Counted from the first letter of the stretch, positions 9,979-20,473 are shown. The stretch: DNA of 64,000 nucleotides from Candidatus Eremiobacteria bacterium (GCA_963737065.1 CAVTRC010000002.1:517125-581124), one strand, 5' to 3'. The notes: a model not told the origin generated them from the letters alone. Numbers and translations: made by a program.

Positions 9979-11042
9979 TACAACAACCGGTCCTGTTGCG
10001 GACGGTTCGCGATGATGCCGAGGTGGCGGTACGCCGCCGCCGTCGCTTTACGTCCGCTCGCCGTGCGCACGACGAATCCCGCTTTGAGCAGATACGGTTC
10101 GACGACGTCTTCGAGCGTTTCGGCATCTTCGGTGAGCGTCGCGGCGATTGCCGAGATTCCGACCGGACCGCCGCCGTACTGTTCGACGACCGTCCGCAGA
10201 AACGCGCGATCCAGACGGTCGAGGCCACGCGCGTCGACGCCTTCGCGCTGCAGCGCTTCGTCCGCAACGCCTGGAGTGATCGTCCCACCGGCGCGTACTT
10301 CGGCGTAATCGCGCACGCGACGCAGGAGGCGATTCGCAACCCGCGGCGTGCCGCGGCTGCGCGAGGCAATCATTGCGGCGCCATCGCGTTCGATCGGAAC
10401 GTCGAGAACCGAAGCGGATCGCGTAACGATGCGTTGCAATTCATCGTCGGAATAGTAATCGAGATGATGCACGATGCCGAAACGTTCGCGCAGCGGCGCG
10501 GTGAGCATTCCCGCGCGCGTCGTGGCGCCGATCAACGTGAACTGCTTCAGCGGAAGTTTGATCGTCTTTGCGTATGCGCCGCGATCGACGACGAAATCGA
10601 TCTGAAAGTCTTCCATCGCAGGATACAAGAACTCTTCGACGACGCGCCCCAAGCGGTGGATTTCGTCAATGAACAACACATCGCCGGCTTCGAGCGACGT
10701 CAGGATTCCGACTAAGTCTTTCGGTTTCTCGAGTGTCGGACCGCTAGTCGGTCGGAAGTTCGCCTGCATCTCTCGCGCGATCAACGCCGCGAGCGTCGTC
10801 TTTCCGAGACCCGGCGGCCCGTAGAACAGAACATGTTCGAGCGCCTCGCTGCGGCGTTCGGCCGCGTCGATCGCGATCCGTAAATTTTCGACGACGCGTT
10901 CTTGCCCGACGTAGTCGGTGAAGCTTCGCGGGCGGAGGCTCGCACCGTACACTTCATCTTCGAGCGAGTCGTCGGGTGACACCAGGCGATCCGGTTGATC
11001 TTCGCCGCCGATGAGCTTTTTGCGGGCCGATTTCTCGCTCAT
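9978..11042 (-). CDS. ruvB: Holliday junction branch migration helicase RuvB
   Basis: SLRPRSF, GPPGLGKTT Walker A, LFIDEIHR Walker B, LYPAMEDF, SRGTPRVANRLLRRVRD, EPYL. Confidence 0.98.
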   Translation of the reverse strand: MSEKSARKKLIGGEDQPDRLVSPDDSLEDEVYGASLRPRSFTDYVGQERVVENLRIAIDAAERRSEALEHVLFYGPPGLGKTTLAALIAREMQANFRPTSGPTLEKPKDLVGILTSLEAGDVLFIDEIHRLGRVVEEFLYPAMEDFQIDFVVDRGAYAKTIKLPLKQFTLIGATTRAGMLTAPLRERFGIVHHLDYYSDDELQRIVTRSASVLDVPIERDGAAMIASRSRGTPRVANRLLRRVRDYAEVRAGGTITPGVADEALQREGVDARGLDRLDRAFLRTVVEQYGGGPVGISAIAATLTEDAETLEDVVEPYLLKAGFVVRTASGRKATAAAYRHLGIIANRPQQDRLL

Positions 11043-11692
11043 ATCGGTTCAACCTCAGCGGGCGAACCGGCGCGCGCCTTCTCCGCCTTGTGCCGGTAGA
11101 TTTGGGCGAGCAACGTTTCCGCGTCGTTGATGCCGGGCGACGTTTCGAGCGTTTCGCGAATCATCGCTTCCGCCTCGGCGCGCTTGTATTCGAGTTGAAG
11201 AAGCACCGCCGTCGCTTCCTCTGCGAAGTCGGGCATCGGCGCTTGCGGCGCCGGCTGCGCATCCTGAATGAGCAGAAACTTTGCGACTTTTCCTTGCAGT
11301 TTCGCGACGATATCGCGTGCCTTCTGCTGACCGATGCCCGGGAGGGTTTTGAGATACGCGTGATCGCCGCGATCGATGGCTCCGGCGATGTGCGACATCG
11401 GCTGGGAAAACGCGCGCGCGGCAGAACGTGGGCCGATCGATGCGACGCTCAGTAATGCCTCGAAGAACTCGCGTTCGATCGCGTTCGTGAATCCATAGAA
11501 CGTGAAATGACCGCTGTTGCCGTCCATGTTGAGCACGGAAAAGACTTCGAGCGTGACGAGCTGACCGGACGGCGCGACCACTTTTTCCGCGACGCAAGGC
11601 GGGAGTACCACATCGTAGCCAAGGCCGTTCACGTCGAGGACGATGCTCTCGCCGCTGCGGTCGACGAGCGTTCCGCTAATACGTGAGAACAT
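11039..11692 (-). CDS. ruvA: Holliday junction DNA-binding protein RuvA
   Basis: VNGLGYDV, FYGF...EREFF, two HhH motifs (SIGPRSA, PGIGQQKA); between ruvC and ruvB. Confidence 0.93.
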   Translation of the reverse strand: MFSRISGTLVDRSGESIVLDVNGLGYDVVLPPCVAEKVVAPSGQLVTLEVFSVLNMDGNSGHFTFYGFTNAIEREFFEALLSVASIGPRSAARAFSQPMSHIAGAIDRGDHAYLKTLPGIGQQKARDIVAKLQGKVAKFLLIQDAQPAPQAPMPDFAEEATAVLLQLEYKRAEAEAMIRETLETSPGINDAETLLAQIYRHKAEKARAGSPAEVEPI

Positions 11693-12164
11693 GATCGGAA
11701 ATATTCATATACGCGAGCGCGATCGCAAGCGCATCGGACACGTCGTTCGGCTTCGGCGCCGTTGCGAGATCCAACAACCGCGTCACCATCGCATTGACTT
11801 GGTTTTTGCGCGCAGCGCCCGATCCGACGAGCGCGCGTTTCACGTGCGCATGCCCGAGCGTGTGAACCGGGACCCGCGCCTGCGCGCTCGCGAGGCACAT
11901 CACGCCGCGCGCATGACCCATGAGAATCGCCGTCATGGGGTTCTTGTACGTCGTGTAGAGTTCTTCGATGACCACCACGTCGGGGCTCGTTTCCGCGAGA
12001 ATGGCCCGCACTCCGTCGTGCAGTTCGGCGAGCCGCTCTTCCAACGTGCGATCGGTTCGCGGGGCGACCACACCGGCTTCGATCAATTTGATGCCCGTAT
12101 CTGTACGTTCGATCACGCCGTAACCGGTTACGCGCAACGCCGGGTCGATTCCCAGAACGCGCAC
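11676..12164 (-). CDS. ruvC: Crossover junction endodeoxyribonuclease RuvC
   Basis: VLGIDP, VVIEE, GHARGV, VKRALVGSGAARK, DVSDALAIA. Confidence 0.96.
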   Translation of the reverse strand: MRVLGIDPALRVTGYGVIERTDTGIKLIEAGVVAPRTDRTLEERLAELHDGVRAILAETSPDVVVIEELYTTYKNPMTAILMGHARGVMCLASAQARVPVHTLGHAHVKRALVGSGAARKNQVNAMVTRLLDLATAPKPNDVSDALAIALAYMNISDHVLTY

Positions 12165-12201
12165 GTGGGGACGCCTCGAAGAAACGGCGCTGCGCGCGTC
12201 C

Positions 12202-14283
12202 CTAATGGTTGACTCCGTTTACGACGAGCGTCAGCCCCGATCCGGGCGGGAGGTTCGTTCCGGCGAGCGGGATCGTTCGCACGGCTTTACCGTCCGCGCC
12301 TTCCGCGCTCGTGTACTGAATCTGGGTTACGCGGTAGCCGTAGCTCATCAGGAGCGCCTCGGCATCCTGCATGCTCAAGCCGTTCGTGTCCGGAACTTCG
12401 CCGTTGGTCGAGAGCACGATCGTTACGGTCGAGTTCGCCGGCGCCTGCGCTCCGGATGCGGGTTGCTGATCGACGATATAGCCGTTGTTGCTCAGTTGCG
12501 TGCTGTATTTGACGATCGGCGTGAATCCGGCGCCGTTGAGTTCGTTCATCGCATCCTGATAGCGGTCGTTGACGACGTCCGGCACGGAACTCATTTCGCC
12601 GGAATTGCTGAGACCCGCTCCATTGCTGACGGTCGCGTGGACCGTCGCTCCGCGGTCGACCGACGTTCCCGGCGCGAGATCTTGCGCCGCCACTTGCCCG
12701 CTAGGCGCGTTCGGATACGCGGCGCGTTGCGAGGTATCCAAGGCGATCCCGTTCTTTTTTGCAAGCGACGTCGCTTCGTCTACGGTAAGACCAATGAACG
12801 ACGGCACCTTCACCGACTCGGGTCCTTGCGAAACGATCAGCGTTACGATGCTCGCTTTGCGCAAGCGGGTTCCGGCCTTCGGATCCTGATCGACGACCGC
12901 GTCGATTGGCGCGTTGTCGTATTTCTTGGCGACCTTCACGTTGAAGCCGTCGTCTTGGAGGATGCGTTGCGCGTCTTGCGCGTTGAAGTCGCGAACGTCG
13001 CGTAATCCGACGGTCGGCAGACCGTTGCTGACGACGAGTTCGATCGTGGCGTTCTTCTGAACGCTCGATCCCGCAGGCGGGTTTTGGCGGATGATGTGAT
13101 TCGCCGCTACCGTATCGCTGGAGGTTTTGATGAAGCGCGCCACGAGTCCGGCATTCACGACCGCCGCTTGCGCTTGGCTGTCAGTCATGTTGGTGTAGTC
13201 GCCGACTTTGATCGTCACGCCCGCAACCGGTAATGACATCGCATTGCGTCCGAAGAGATAGTAGCCGACGGCCGTTGCGAGAACTGCGAGCATCGCAAGG
13301 ACGACGATCGCACCGCCGCCCATTCGCGAACGGCGTTCTTCTTCTTCGCTGATCGACGTGTAGCCGCGATCGGGCATCGGCGAGCGGCGCGGCGGAGGGA
13401 CGGCGCGCAACGTTTGCGTCGGCGCATCATCGCTGATCGAATACGCAGCGACGCTTGGCCGCTCCCGAGCTTGACGCAGCGCGGTCGCGACCTCGCTTGC
13501 CGATGAGAATCGATTCTCCGGACGTTTTTGCAGTAACTTATTGACGATCGCCGCAAGCGCCGGTGAAACGCCGAGATTCTTTGTGTCCAGTGACGGCACC
13601 GGATCGCCGATGTGCTTGAGCGCAACCGTTACCGGTGACTCGCCGTTGTACGGCAAGTCGCCCGTCAACATCTGATAGAGCACGACGCCGACGCTGTAAA
13701 GGTCCGAAGCTTCATTGAGTTCGTGACCCTGCGCTTGTTCGGGTGAAATATAGAAGACGCTGCCCATGACGAGGCCGGGCTTCGTAAGCGCCATGGTGTG
13801 TTGCGAAACCGCGCGCGCGATGCCGAAATCCGAAAGCTTCACGACGTCGTCTTTGGTTACGAGGACGTTCGCCGGCTTGATGTCGCGATGGAGCAGCCCT
13901 TGGCGGTGCGCGTACGCGAGTCCGTTGCAAACTTGCGCCGCATAATCGATCGCGACGTCTTCGGGGAGTTTTCCGTCGGCGGAAATGATCTCCGCAAGCG
14001 ACGGTCCATCGACGAGTTCCATCACGATGTAGTAGGTGTCGGCTTCACGCCCGACGTCGTACGTATTGACGATGTTGGGATGTGAAAGACGCGCGGCGGA
14101 TTCGGCTTCTTGATAGAACCGCCGGACGAATTCCGCGTCCGCGGCGTACTGCGAGCGCAAAACCTTAATCGCGACCCGGCGGCGCAGCAGCGTATCCGTG
14201 CCGCTATACACGGTGGCCATACCGCCTTCACCCAACTTGCGATCGAGTCGATATCGGTTGTTGAAGGTCTGTTGCTCGATCAA
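12202..14283 (-). CDS. pknB: PASTA-domain Ser/Thr protein kinase (PknB/Stk1/PrkC family), five PASTA repeats
   Basis: LGEGGMATV, VAIK, HRDIKPAN, DFGIA, YISPEQ; one TM helix; five repeats ending in Q.P.aG...v.l.vS.G. Confidence 0.95.
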   Translation of the reverse strand: MIEQQTFNNRYRLDRKLGEGGMATVYSGTDTLLRRRVAIKVLRSQYAADAEFVRRFYQEAESAARLSHPNIVNTYDVGREADTYYIVMELVDGPSLAEIISADGKLPEDVAIDYAAQVCNGLAYAHRQGLLHRDIKPANVLVTKDDVVKLSDFGIARAVSQHTMALTKPGLVMGSVFYISPEQAQGHELNEASDLYSVGVVLYQMLTGDLPYNGESPVTVALKHIGDPVPSLDTKNLGVSPALAAIVNKLLQKRPENRFSSASEVATALRQARERPSVAAYSISDDAPTQTLRAVPPPRRSPMPDRGYTSISEEEERRSRMGGGAIVVLAMLAVLATAVGYYLFGRNAMSLPVAGVTIKVGDYTNMTDSQAQAAVVNAGLVARFIKTSSDTVAANHIIRQNPPAGSSVQKNATIELVVSNGLPTVGLRDVRDFNAQDAQRILQDDGFNVKVAKKYDNAPIDAVVDQDPKAGTRLRKASIVTLIVSQGPESVKVPSFIGLTVDEATSLAKKNGIALDTSQRAAYPNAPSGQVAAQDLAPGTSVDRGATVHATVSNGAGLSNSGEMSSVPDVVNDRYQDAMNELNGAGFTPIVKYSTQLSNNGYIVDQQPASGAQAPANSTVTIVLSTNGEVPDTNGLSMQDAEALLMSYGYRVTQIQYTSAEGADGKAVRTIPLAGTNLPPGSGLTLVVNGVNH

Positions 14284-14301
14284 AGTAAGGGCGACTCCGT
14301 A

Positions 14302-15708
14302 CTAATCCTTCACGACGGCGAGCGCTTCGCGCAGCACGTTGCGCGCGATTGGGGCCGCGACGTCTGCCCCATACCCGCCGTTTTCCACGATGACGGCGAC
14401 CGCGATGCGCGGACGGTTCGCCGGTGCGAAACAGACGAACCACGAGTGCGCGGCCCCGTGCGGATTCGTCGCGGTCCCCGTCTTTCCGGCAACTTGCACG
14501 TTGGGAAGCTGAGCAATCGTTCCCGTACCGCGTGTAACCACAGCGATCATCATGTTCTTCACGCTTGCAGCGGTGTCCGCCGACACGGGGCTCGCAAGGT
14601 TTCCGCTTGGTGTAACGGTGGCCGCCCTGCCGTCGCGCACGATTTGGCGCACGATGTACGGACGCGGCATGTTACCGTCGTCCGCGATCGTCGACGCGAT
14701 AAGCGCCATCTGCAGCGGTGTCATCAGGAGCGCCCCCTGACCGAAACCCATCTGCGCGAGCTCGCCGGGAACGACCGACGTTTTCGGCGGCACGCGATCG
14801 GTCTGCGACGGAAGCTGAAAATCGAGCGAAGATCCGATGCCCCACTTATCGAGATACTGATAGAACAGGTCCGTGCCCATTTTGAGCGCGATCTGCGCGA
14901 AGTCGACGTTACTCGAGAGTGCGAACGCGTTGGTGAGGTCCTGGTAGCCGGTGGCTTCGCCTTCGTTGTCGTGCAGCGTGAAGTCGCCGACAACGTAGTA
15001 TCCCGGATCCTCAAAGTGCGAGTCCATCGTGACCGTACCGCCGTCGAGCGCGGATGCGGCCGTGAAGATTTTAAAGGTCGAGCCCGGCGGATAGAGGCCG
15101 TCTATGGCGCGATTGAGCAACGGGCTCTGCGGATCGGCATTGAGTGATGCGAAGCTTTGGTCGAGGTCGTTCGGATCGAAGCTCGGAACGCTCGCGAGCG
15201 CGAGCACCGCGCCGGAGCGCGGATCGAGCACGACGACTGCGCCCCGCTCGTGCGCGGAAAGTTCTTGCCATGCTTGCGATTGAATCGCCGGCACGATCGT
15301 CGTCACGACGTCGGCGCCGTGCACCTGCGACGTCTTCCCTTGTACCGATGCGATCAGTTCGTCCAATTGTGCGATCGGGTCGCCCGTCGTATCGGGCGGG
15401 GTGAGCGCGCGATCGTACGCGTCTTCGATACCGCTCGTGCCGTAGCGCGCCGAGACGTATCCGAGCGTCTGCGCGAGCGATTCGCCGTACGGATAGACGC
15501 GCTGCTTTCGGACGGTATTCGCCAGCACCGTGCCGTCCGTTGCGAGAATGCGCCCGCGGCGCGAATCAAGAAGCGCGTGTCTCGGATTGTACGGCTTCGC
15601 CGCGATATCGGGCCCTTTGATCGTCATGATGTATGCTTGCCGCGCGGCGAGCAGCACGAAAAGCGCGACGAAGAGCGTCGCGAGCGCGGAGATCGCGCGG
15701 TTTGTCAC
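14302..15708 (-). CDS. pbpA: Class B penicillin-binding transpeptidase (PbpA-like)
   Basis: RRGRILATDG, SxxK (STFK), SxN (SSN) and KTGT motifs; immediately upstream of pknB as in Actinobacteria/Firmicutes. Confidence 0.88.
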   Translation of the reverse strand: MTNRAISALATLFVALFVLLAARQAYIMTIKGPDIAAKPYNPRHALLDSRRGRILATDGTVLANTVRKQRVYPYGESLAQTLGYVSARYGTSGIEDAYDRALTPPDTTGDPIAQLDELIASVQGKTSQVHGADVVTTIVPAIQSQAWQELSAHERGAVVVLDPRSGAVLALASVPSFDPNDLDQSFASLNADPQSPLLNRAIDGLYPPGSTFKIFTAASALDGGTVTMDSHFEDPGYYVVGDFTLHDNEGEATGYQDLTNAFALSSNVDFAQIALKMGTDLFYQYLDKWGIGSSLDFQLPSQTDRVPPKTSVVPGELAQMGFGQGALLMTPLQMALIASTIADDGNMPRPYIVRQIVRDGRAATVTPSGNLASPVSADTAASVKNMMIAVVTRGTGTIAQLPNVQVAGKTGTATNPHGAAHSWFVCFAPANRPRIAVAVIVENGGYGADVAAPIARNVLREALAVVKD

Positions 15709-16457
15709 AGCTCGCGCAAGACCGTGAAGCCGTCGCCGGTGCGCACGGCCATATGAGGACGCTGTGGTTCGGACTCGAGCAGAAGGTTGATGATTTTCGC
15801 CGCGGTCTCTTCGACGATTGCATTCGTCGCAAGCACGACTTCGACGTTCATCTCGGCAAGGAGCTGCGGCGCGACGTACGCGCAGGTCGGCAGCGTGTCG
15901 AAATGGCGATCCTCATAGGCGCCGTCACGCCACGGGCCACGCCGGCCGAAGACCTGCGAATGGTAATCCCATGCGCAGAGTTGCTTCTCTTTCCAGACGA
16001 ATTCGTCTTTCACGCACAGGCGCCGGCACGTCGCGCATTGCACGATTGCCGCCGGGGGATGACTCAAGCCTTCCGCGATCTCTTCCGGAACGTCTTCGAT
16101 GTTCAGCACCGATTCGTCGGTGAGTTTTTCGGGCAGTTCGGCGTGCCATTGCACGCGTGCGAGCAGTTCGATGTCGCGCATCGGCGCCACGAACGCGCGC
16201 TCGTCTTCCGGCGGAAATGAACGATCGACCCAATCGAGCAAACCGTGTAGCGCGATGCCGACGTTTTGCCAGCTGCTGCCGATCACGACGCCGAGCGGCG
16301 TCCACGCAACAGGAACGAGGCGCGCGGTAATCCCGCCGTCTTCCGTTCGAAAGCTATTCGTGAAGCCGAGATTGCTGCCCGAGCCGCCCAAGACGAACAC
16401 GTGGGGTTCGTCTTTGAGGTCGAGCGTGCGCTCGAGCGGCGTCGAGAGCTTGCGCAT
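15705..16457 (-). CDS. Hypothetical protein with Cys/His cluster
   Basis: ATG at 16457 with GGGAG RBS; CATCRRLC...LCAWDYH...PTC motif; stop overlaps the pbpA start (GTGA). Confidence 0.75.
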   Translation of the reverse strand: MRKLSTPLERTLDLKDEPHVFVLGGSGSNLGFTNSFRTEDGGITARLVPVAWTPLGVVIGSSWQNVGIALHGLLDWVDRSFPPEDERAFVAPMRDIELLARVQWHAELPEKLTDESVLNIEDVPEEIAEGLSHPPAAIVQCATCRRLCVKDEFVWKEKQLCAWDYHSQVFGRRGPWRDGAYEDRHFDTLPTCAYVAPQLLAEMNVEVVLATNAIVEETAAKIINLLLESEPQRPHMAVRTGDGFTVLREL

Positions 16458-16470
16458 TCTTCCGCGCTCC

Positions 16471-19400
16471 CTAAACTTCAACGCCTGCTGCGCTACGATA
16501 CTCCTGCAGTGAACGCGGCGGACCGGGGACGGTTTCCAGTGCGGTGACGAGCGCTTTCGCGGTATCGAGTGACGTGAGACATGCGATGCCGCTTTCGACG
16601 GCGGCGCGGCGGATGCGATAACCGTCGGAGATTTCGCGCGGACCCTTGGCGTCGTTGATCACGAGATCTACCTTGCGCTGCTGGATCACATCGAGTACGT
16701 GCGGCGAGCCGTCGGAAATCTTGTTGATCGCTTCAGACGCGATTCCAGCCGCCTGAAGCACCGCGCGTGTGCCGGGCGTTGCAACGAGCGTGTGGCCGAG
16801 ATCGGCATAACGCCGAAGAGTCGGCAGCGCTGCGTATTTCTCTTCATCGGCGATCGATACCAGAATCCGGCCACCGCTTCCCGGCAAACGCACGCCCGCG
16901 GCGAGAAATCCCTTGCGCAACGCGCCCGCGAAAGTGTCATCGATTCCGAGCACTTCGCCCGTTGATTTCATCTCCGGACCGAGAATCGTTTCGACGCCGC
17001 GCATCTTCGAGAACGAAAACACCGGCACTTTCACGACGACGTACGGAGTGCGCGGATGCAATCCGGTCCCGTATTCCATGTCGCGCAGTTTTTCGCCGAG
17101 CGCGATGCGCGTAGCCGCCGCGACCATATTGACACCCGTCGCTTTTTGAATGATAGGTACCGTGCGGCTTGCACGCGGATTCGCTTCGATGATGTAGAGA
17201 TCGCCTTCGTGCACGACGAACTGAATATTGATCAGACCGCGAATGCGAAGCTCCGAGGCGATCGCGGTCGTCACGTCGACGATCCGCTGCGTCATCTCGT
17301 CGTCGATCGTCTGCGTCGGATAGACGCTGATGGAATCGCCGGAATGAATGCCGGCGCGTTCGATGTGCTCGAAGATGCCGGGAATCAGAATGTCCTCCCC
17401 GTCGAAGACGGCGTCGACTTCGACTTCCAGTCCGCGCAGATACTTATCCACGAGCAGCGGCGCGCCGGGAAGAATCGGGGGCGCCGACTCCGCGTATGAC
17501 GCGAGCTGTCCTTCGTTATAGATAATCTCCATCGCCCGGCCGCCGAGGACGAAACTCGGGCGCACGAGAACCGGAAATCCGAGTTCGCGCGCAAACACGC
17601 GCGCTTCGCGGAAGCTCGTTGCCGCGCGTCCCAGCGGGCGCGCGACGCCCAAGCGCTGGAGCGCCGCGTCAAACTGAGCGCGATCTTCGGCCATGTCGAG
17701 GCTCGCACGGTCACTCCCGATGATGCGCACGTCGCGCCGCGACAGCTCAGCGGCAAGATTGATTGCCGTCTGTCCGCCGAACGTCAGCATCACACCGCTC
17801 GCATTCGTCCCGTGGTACGTCGCCTCGACTTCGTCCGGACCCGGCGGCTCGAACACGAGCACGTCGGAAATATCGAAGTCGGTCGAAACCGTTTCCGGAT
17901 TGTTATTGATGACCACCGGCGATTTTCCGGCGTTGCGCAATGCCCATGCGGCGTGCACGCAGCTGTAATCGAATTCGATGCCTTGACCGATGCGAATCGG
18001 TCCGCTGCCGACGACGACGACCGCCTCGTGCGGACTGCGCCGGATCTCATCCATCTCGCCATGCGAAAGATAGTAGTACGGCGAGCGCGCGGGGAATTCT
18101 GCGGCGGCGGTGTCGACCATGCGGAACGACGGCTCGCCGGGCTCGATCGGCGCTCCGCTTTCTTCGGCTTCGACGATCGCGGCGATCTCATACAACCAAA
18201 ACCGGTCGATTGCGCAGAGCGCGTGAACCCGTTCGATTGCCGCATCCACCGCGCTCGTCGCGGTGCGAGCCGATCGCACGAACGCACGGCGCAAAACCTC
18301 CGCGACGGCAAACAGCCGTTCATCGGTCGGTTTGGCGATGATCTCTTCGAGTTCGGCGATGCTCCACTCCGTGTACTCGCCGCCGGTCAACCGGTCGCGT
18401 TTGAGATCGAGCCCACGCACGGCTTTAATGAGTGCGGAGCGGAACGTGCGGCCGATGCCCATCGCTTCACCGGTCGACTTCATCTGCGTGCCGAGCAGCG
18501 TGTCCGCGAGGGGAAACTTATCGAACGGCCAGCGCGGAATCTTCACGACACAATAGTCGAGCGTCGGTTCGTACGCTGCTTTCGTGACGCCCGTAACCGG
18601 GTTCGGAATCTCGTCGAGCGTTTGCCCGAGCGCGATGCGGGTCGATATCTTTGCAATCGGATAACCCGTCGCTTTCGACGCGAGCGCGGAACTTCGCGAG
18701 ACGCGCGGGTTCACTTCGATGATCGCGTACTGCGCGCTCGTGGGATGCAGCGCAAACTGAATGTTACAGCCGCCTTGCACGTTGAGCGCGCGAATCACGT
18801 TGAGCGACGCGCTGCGCAGCACCTGATACTCGACGTCGGTTAGCGTTTGCGAGGGCGCGACGACGATCGAGTCGCCCGTGTGCACGCCGACCGGGTCGAT
18901 GTTCTCCATGTTGCAGACGATGATGCAGTTGTCCACGCCGTCACGCAGCACTTCATACTCGATCTCTTTCCATCCCAAGAGCGACGTTTCGAGCAGCGCC
19001 TGATGGATCAGCGAAGCGTTCAACCCGGCATCGAGGCGCTCGCGCAGCTCGTCTTCGTTGTAGACGACGCCGCCGCCGGTGCCGCCGAGCGTGTACGCCG
19101 GGCGAACGACGAGCGGATAACCCGCGCGTTGCGCAAAAACGACGCCATGTTCGACGGATGTAACGATCTCGCTTTCGGCGACCGGCTCGCCGATCTCGAT
19201 CATTTTCTCTTTGAACCGCTGGCGATCTTCAGCGAGTTTGATCGTGTCGACCGGCGTACCGAGCAACTCGACACCATGACGCGTGAGGACGCCGGCGTCA
19301 TCGAGTTCAACGGCAAGATTCAACCCCGTTTGTCCACCGAGCGTCGGCAAAAGCGCGTCAGGACGCTCGCGCGCAATGATCTGCTCGACCGATGCAACCG

Positions 19401-19596
19401 TAAGCGGCTCGAGATAGACCGCATCTGCTACGTCGGGATCCGTCATGATCGTCGCGGGGTTGGAATTGACGAGGACGACGCGGTGGCCTTCCTCGCGAAG
19501 CGCGCGGCATGCCTGAACGCCCGCGTAATCGAATTCGGCGGCCTGACCGATGATGATCGGTCCCGAGCCGATGACCATGATATTACGGCGGGCCAT
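16471..19596 (-). CDS. carB: Carbamoyl-phosphate synthase large subunit
   Basis: IGSGPIIIGQAAEFDYAG, NSNPATIMTD, EVNPRVSRSS, GSGPIRIGQGIEFDY, EANPRASRT, C-terminal MGS domain. Confidence 0.98.
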   Translation of the reverse strand: MARRNIMVIGSGPIIIGQAAEFDYAGVQACRALREEGHRVVLVNSNPATIMTDPDVADAVYLEPLTVASVEQIIARERPDALLPTLGGQTGLNLAVELDDAGVLTRHGVELLGTPVDTIKLAEDRQRFKEKMIEIGEPVAESEIVTSVEHGVVFAQRAGYPLVVRPAYTLGGTGGGVVYNEDELRERLDAGLNASLIHQALLETSLLGWKEIEYEVLRDGVDNCIIVCNMENIDPVGVHTGDSIVVAPSQTLTDVEYQVLRSASLNVIRALNVQGGCNIQFALHPTSAQYAIIEVNPRVSRSSALASKATGYPIAKISTRIALGQTLDEIPNPVTGVTKAAYEPTLDYCVVKIPRWPFDKFPLADTLLGTQMKSTGEAMGIGRTFRSALIKAVRGLDLKRDRLTGGEYTEWSIAELEEIIAKPTDERLFAVAEVLRRAFVRSARTATSAVDAAIERVHALCAIDRFWLYEIAAIVEAEESGAPIEPGEPSFRMVDTAAAEFPARSPYYYLSHGEMDEIRRSPHEAVVVVGSGPIRIGQGIEFDYSCVHAAWALRNAGKSPVVINNNPETVSTDFDISDVLVFEPPGPDEVEATYHGTNASGVMLTFGGQTAINLAAELSRRDVRIIGSDRASLDMAEDRAQFDAALQRLGVARPLGRAATSFREARVFARELGFPVLVRPSFVLGGRAMEIIYNEGQLASYAESAPPILPGAPLLVDKYLRGLEVEVDAVFDGEDILIPGIFEHIERAGIHSGDSISVYPTQTIDDEMTQRIVDVTTAIASELRIRGLINIQFVVHEGDLYIIEANPRASRTVPIIQKATGVNMVAAATRIALGEKLRDMEYGTGLHPRTPYVVVKVPVFSFSKMRGVETILGPEMKSTGEVLGIDDTFAGALRKGFLAAGVRLPGSGGRILVSIADEEKYAALPTLRRYADLGHTLVATPGTRAVLQAAGIASEAINKISDGSPHVLDVIQQRKVDLVINDAKGPREISDGYRIRRAAVESGIACLTSLDTAKALVTALETVPGPPRSLQEYRSAAGVEV

Positions 19597-19615
19597 GCTG
19601 GGGAGGCTGGATTGG

Positions 19616-20011
19616 CTACGTCACGGTAGCGTGCCTCCCCACATCAAAAACAGCGCTCACACACGTACCTTGTCCTTCAAGACTGTGGACGTTGACGTGT
19701 TCGGCGAAGCGACTCACGAGAAACAAGCCGCGGCCGCTCTCTTGCAGCGGAGCGTCCGGTAACGAGGCGTCGAGTACGAAGCCGTCTCCGCGATCGAAGA
19801 CGTGCAGCAACGCTTTTCCGTCGACGCAGCGTAACTGAATATCAACCGGTCCGCGCGCGTGACGCATAACGTTTCCGATCAACTCGGTGTAGATGAGCTG
19901 CGCGCCGAAATGATCGAAATCGGCCGTCCCGCTCTCGGTGGCAAGCGCAGCCAGGAATTGAGCGCGTTCCTGCAGCGCATCTTCGGGTTTGTCTGCGTGG
20001 AGATGCCACAT
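19616..20011 (-). CDS. RsbW-like anti-sigma factor / HATPase_c ATP-binding protein
   Basis: ELIGNVMRH N-box, VFDRGDGF G1 box, ESGRGLFLV G2 box, GT motif; GGAG RBS. Confidence 0.85.
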   Translation of the reverse strand: MWHLHADKPEDALQERAQFLAALATESGTADFDHFGAQLIYTELIGNVMRHARGPVDIQLRCVDGKALLHVFDRGDGFVLDASLPDAPLQESGRGLFLVSRFAEHVNVHSLEGQGTCVSAVFDVGRHATVT

Positions 20012-20232
20012 GTACTCCGGGATACCCGCCGCTTCAGCGCGGCAATCCGCGTGCCGTCGCTCAATGTAGCGCTTCCACGCCGCTCACATGCATCAGCGTT
20101 CGCGCGCGTTCGTTGATGCGCGAACATGCGTCATGCAAGATACGTTGAGATACGCCGCGGCGACGATGCCGGAATACTCCGTCGATTCGCAGCGTTGCCG
20201 CAGCGCATGCAAGCGTGCCGTAAGCGGTACGT

Positions 20233-20433
20233 TCAGTGGCCCGACGAGTGCCCGCTCTTCTTTAACTCTTCAGCGAACTCGGGATTCTTTGCGTCCGCTT
20301 CTTGAGAATCGACGCCGGGGTCAGGGCGAAGGTAATGATCCGCTTGCTCGCGCGCCGGCGGGTGCGCGCCCTCGTTTTCCGTCAAGTCATCCTGAAAGAT
20401 CTCGCCGTCGCGATCGCGTTTCTGCTCGCTCAT
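20233..20433 (-). CDS. Small acidic hydrophilic hypothetical protein
   Basis: 66-aa ORF with ATG start filling the gap between pdxH and the anti-sigma gene; no recognisable motif. Confidence 0.5.
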   Translation of the reverse strand: MSEQKRDRDGEIFQDDLTENEGAHPPAREQADHYLRPDPGVDSQEADAKNPEFAEELKKSGHSSGH

Positions 20434-20473
20434 ATTGCAAGCGTTCCCCTTTTTCGCGCGCCTCGCTCGGGGT

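Noticed and set aside
20080..20125. Hairpin GCATCAGCG...CGTTGATGC upstream of the anti-sigma gene
   Set aside because: Short imperfect stem expected by chance in GC-rich DNA; no U-tract or known motif
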